Assembly: GCA_963666425.2 (NCBI GenBank)
Contig: OY762825.2
Location: 2,048,001 to 2,112,000, forward strand
Direction: 5' to 3'
Source: Bacillota bacterium
GTDB taxonomy: Bacteria > Bacillota > JAAYKD01
Length of the DNA: 64,000 nt
The notes under the pieces are model-generated. The model did not search any database, was not told where the DNA came from, and was given only the letters and a program-made list of their open reading frames with translations. Shown in pieces: positions 60,870-64,000 of the stretch. The translations under genes were made by a program, and so were the position numbers. Position 1 is the first letter of the stretch; each line of letters opens with the position of its first letter.

Positions 60870-61090
60870 ATATTACTACCCCGGCGTGATTTAGTGTAAA
60901 ATTAAATCAGTAAAATGATACCGAATAGAGATGGAAATTTCTGACCGAGCGCAGCAGTTTTAGGCTCCATGCGGCAGGAATCCTCAAGACAGGTCCTGTT
61001 CAGGAAATGAAACACAGCTAATTTTCCGGTGAACTGACCGATGAACAAGGAGAGAAAATTCTTCGAAGAACAAATTAAGGAGTGAACCCT

Positions 61091-61582
61091 ATGAAAGACG
61101 AAAATGCTTCCAAGTTTGACCGCGTTTGCCTGATCCTAGATAAGTATCAATGCAATCCCCATAAGCTGGTTCCTATCCTACAGGAAATTCAAGCGGAATA
61201 TCTCTATTTACCGGAAGATATCATGACCTTTGTAGCGACGGCACTCCGGATTTCCACCGCGACAATTTACGGAGTCGCCACTTTTTATGCCCATTTCACT
61301 TTGACGCCAAAGGGGAAACATATCATCAAAATTTGTGATGGCACAGCCTGTCATGTTAAAAAGTCGGAAGAAATTTTAAATCGACTGGATCAGGAACTGG
61401 GTTTGAATCAAAAGAATAAGACGACGGCAGATAGGCTTTTTACCTTGGAACCGGTCGCTTGTTTGGGGGCCTGCGGTCTGGCACCGGCGGTCGTGATTGA
61501 CGAACAGGTACATGGCTTGATGACCCCAGATAAAACCATGGCTTTGATCAACCAGTTGAAAGAGGAGGAAGCAAGGGTATGA
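61091..61582 (+). CDS. NuoE/HydC-like [2Fe-2S] thioredoxin-fold subunit
   Basis: GVATFY, C.GTAC and ACLGAC..AP motifs. Confidence 0.93.
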   Translation: MKDENASKFDRVCLILDKYQCNPHKLVPILQEIQAEYLYLPEDIMTFVATALRISTATIYGVATFYAHFTLTPKGKHIIKICDGTACHVKKSEEILNRLDQELGLNQKNKTTADRLFTLEPVACLGACGLAPAVVIDEQVHGLMTPDKTMALINQLKEEEARV

Positions 61583-63462
61583 TGCACCAAATTGATTTGG
61601 AACAAAGACAGAAGAATTATCAGGAATGCATCGCGCAATACAAAGCGAAAATTGTGATCTGCGGTGGGACCGGCTGTACTGCCAATGGCGCCAACCGGAT
61701 TTTTCAACGCTTTCAGCAAGAAATTACCGCCAAAGGACTGTCTGCAACCGTGGCTATGGAAAAAGAGAAAGCAGATTATATGCTGTCGAATTCCGGCTGT
61801 CAAGGTTTCTGTCAGATGGGACCGCTGGTGACATTATATCCCCAGGGAATTTTCTATGTGCATGTGCAGGAAGACGATGTGGCGGAAATTCTGGAAAAGA
61901 CGCTGCTGCAAGGCCAACTGATTGAGCGCTTATTGTATCAAGATGCCGATGGCAAGGGGCTGGCAGACACGCAGCATATCCCGTTCTATGCCAAACAACA
62001 GCGGACAACGCTAAAGTTGTGCGGTTTGATCGATGCACAGGATATTGAAGAATATATCGCCCATAACGGCTATCAGTCGGCACGGCAAGCGGTTTTGCAG
62101 ATGACGGACGCAGAAGTTTGTCAGACCATCTCAAAATCCGGTTTGCGCGGCCGCGGCGGCGCGGGCTTTCCGACCGGACGTAAATGGGAATTTTGTCGGG
62201 TAGAAAAAAACGATGTCAAGTATGTGATTTGCAACGGCGATGAGGGAGATCCGGGTGCCTTCATGGATCGCTGTGTGATGGAAGGCAATCCGCACAGCGT
62301 TTTGGAAGGCATGATCGTGGCTGCCAAGGGCATCAGTGCTACCAATGGTTATGTTTATGTCAGAACGGAATATCCTTTGGCCGTGAAGCGGATGAAAATC
62401 GCCATTGCAGCGGCGCGTGAGGCCGGTTTCCTGGGACAGCATATTTTTGGTTCCGAGATGAATTTTGATGTGGAAGTCATGGAAGGTGCCGGCGCTTTTG
62501 TCTGCGGTGAAGAAACTGCTTTGATGGCATCCATCGAGGGCCGGCGCGGTATGCCAACTTCAAAACCGCCTTTCCCGGCAGTCAAGGGGTTGTTCGGTAA
62601 ACCGACCATTATCAATAATGTCGAAACATTAGCAACCATTCCGGTCGCCATGCAGATGGGCGTAGAGAAATATGCCGCTCTGGGGACGCCAAAATCCAGC
62701 GGTACCAAGACCTTTGCCCTGACCGGCAACGTAGCACATACCGGTCTGATTGAAGTTCCCTTTGGTACGACGCTGCGTGAGATTGTCGTCGATATCGGTG
62801 GCGGCGTGATCAACGACGATGGCAGCAATGGCGGAGCGGATTTTAAAGCCGTTCAGATCGGCGGACCTTCCGGCGGCTGCCTGACTCAGGAACACCTGGA
62901 TATGCCGCTGGATTATGAAACGCTGCAGTCAGTCGGGGCGATCATTGGTTCCGGCGGACTGGTTGTGATGAATCAGCAGACCTGTATCGTGCAGATTGCC
63001 CGCTTCTTTATGCAATTCACCCAGAATGAATCCTGCGGCAAGTGTGTGGTTTGCCGGGAAGGTACCCGTCAGATGCTCGCTTTATTGGATGATATCATTG
63101 AAGGCAACGGCAGTGCGGAAGGATTACAGTTATTGGAAGATCTGGCACAAACGGTCAGCGTCGGTTCACTCTGCGCTTTGGGCAAGACATCACCGAATCC
63201 AATTCTTTCTACCTTACGGTATTTCAGAGAGGAATACAATGCGCATGTTTTTGACAAGCGCTGTCCGACCAATCGCTGCAAGAAGTTAGCTAACTATAAA
63301 ATCAATCCTGCCAAATGCCGGAGCTGCAGTCTTTGCGCCCGCAACTGTCCTGTATCAGCGATTACCGGCAGCAAAGGAGTCGCTTATCAAATTGACCCCA
63401 GTAAGTGCATTCGCTGCGGGGTCTGCCAATCAACCTGCAAATTCGGCGCTGTGGAGAAATAA
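61579..63462 (+). CDS. NuoF/HydB-like FMN/NADH-binding subunit
   Basis: GLRGRGGAGFPTG, NGDEGDPG, ESCGKC..CREG and C-terminal 2x[4Fe-4S] motifs. Confidence 0.95.
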   Translation: MMHQIDLEQRQKNYQECIAQYKAKIVICGGTGCTANGANRIFQRFQQEITAKGLSATVAMEKEKADYMLSNSGCQGFCQMGPLVTLYPQGIFYVHVQEDDVAEILEKTLLQGQLIERLLYQDADGKGLADTQHIPFYAKQQRTTLKLCGLIDAQDIEEYIAHNGYQSARQAVLQMTDAEVCQTISKSGLRGRGGAGFPTGRKWEFCRVEKNDVKYVICNGDEGDPGAFMDRCVMEGNPHSVLEGMIVAAKGISATNGYVYVRTEYPLAVKRMKIAIAAAREAGFLGQHIFGSEMNFDVEVMEGAGAFVCGEETALMASIEGRRGMPTSKPPFPAVKGLFGKPTIINNVETLATIPVAMQMGVEKYAALGTPKSSGTKTFALTGNVAHTGLIEVPFGTTLREIVVDIGGGVINDDGSNGGADFKAVQIGGPSGGCLTQEHLDMPLDYETLQSVGAIIGSGGLVVMNQQTCIVQIARFFMQFTQNESCGKCVVCREGTRQMLALLDDIIEGNGSAEGLQLLEDLAQTVSVGSLCALGKTSPNPILSTLRYFREEYNAHVFDKRCPTNRCKKLANYKINPAKCRSCSLCARNCPVSAITGSKGVAYQIDPSKCIRCGVCQSTCKFGAVEK

Positions 63463-63472
63463 GGAGAGCAAA

Positions 63473-64000
63473 ATGAAAAAGCAAACTGTGACGATTGATG
63501 GGATGCAAATTGCCATTGAAGAGGAAAAAAATTTGCTGGAAGTCATCCGCAAGGCGAATATAGAATTACCGACCTTTTGTTACAATTCTCATGTCAGTGT
63601 TTACGGCGCCTGCCGCATGTGCATGGTTGAATTGGTTGGTAAGGGTCTGGTGCCCGCCTGCTCCACCGCGCCGGCCGATGGTCAGGTGATCAAAACCAAC
63701 ACCAAACAAATCAGAGATCTGCGCAAAATGATCGTCGAGCTGATGCTGGCGCATCATGATCAGAACTGCAACACCTGTCCCAAGAGCGGCGACTGCAAAC
63801 TGCAAAGAATCGCTCAGCAGATGGGCATCACTAAGATTCGTTTTAAACAAATCAATGACAATCTGGCGATTGATGATTCTTCGCCTGCGATTGTGCGCAA
63901 TCCCAATCGCTGTATTCTTTGCGGCGATTGCGTGCGGGTCTGCAATGAGGTGCAGTCGGTCGGTGTGCTTGATTTCGCGAACCGCGGTTCAAACGCCCGG
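63473..64000 (+). CDS. HydA/NuoG-like large subunit, N-terminus only (probable [FeFe] hydrogenase), truncated by the window edge
   Basis: Absent from the ORF track. MKKQTVTIDG..., PTFC...GACRMC.VE, H...C.TC.....C.LQ and RCILCGDCVR.C..VQ; AAGGAG RBS. H-cluster motifs would lie beyond the window. Confidence 0.85.
   Translation, partial: MKKQTVTIDGMQIAIEEEKNLLEVIRKANIELPTFCYNSHVSVYGACRMCMVELVGKGLVPACSTAPADGQVIKTNTKQIRDLRKMIVELMLAHHDQNCNTCPKSGDCKLQRIAQQMGITKIRFKQINDNLAIDDSSPAIVRNPNRCILCGDCVRVCNEVQSVGVLDFANRGSNAR

Overview
A 64-kb chromosomal window from an anaerobic Bacillota (Firmicutes) genome. The rpsF-ssb-rpsR-DUF2232-rplI-Lon-dnaB order, the T-box riboswitch and the sigma-A promoters suggest a Negativicutes/Clostridia-type organism (inference). 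About 1-26 kb is accessory. It holds a pRiA4b ORF-3 protein, a secreted GH26 protein, a HigBA-like toxin-antitoxin pair followed by two tandem DUF262 (GmrSD-like) genes, tRNA-editing factors, an M20/M32/M32/Ldh2 peptide-catabolism cluster, a Trp T-box with a lone trpB, and a 1.4-kb hierarchical array of GTAG-type REP hairpins. About 26-64 kb is mostly housekeeping: cysteine synthase, tRNA-Val/Lys/Gly, the dnaB cluster, tcdA, lysS, mreB, rnj, ftsEX, uvrB, tig-clpX, rex and LysR. It ends in a probable electron-bifurcating hydrogenase-type operon truncated by the window edge. The best leads are the modular REP array with compensatory stem changes, the asymmetric DUF262 pair, a stand-alone family-A DNA polymerase with a degenerate proofreading domain, and a structured leader plus a shared 18-bp palindrome around the rex-lysR-hydrogenase locus. 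All assignments come from reading motifs by eye; no searches were run.
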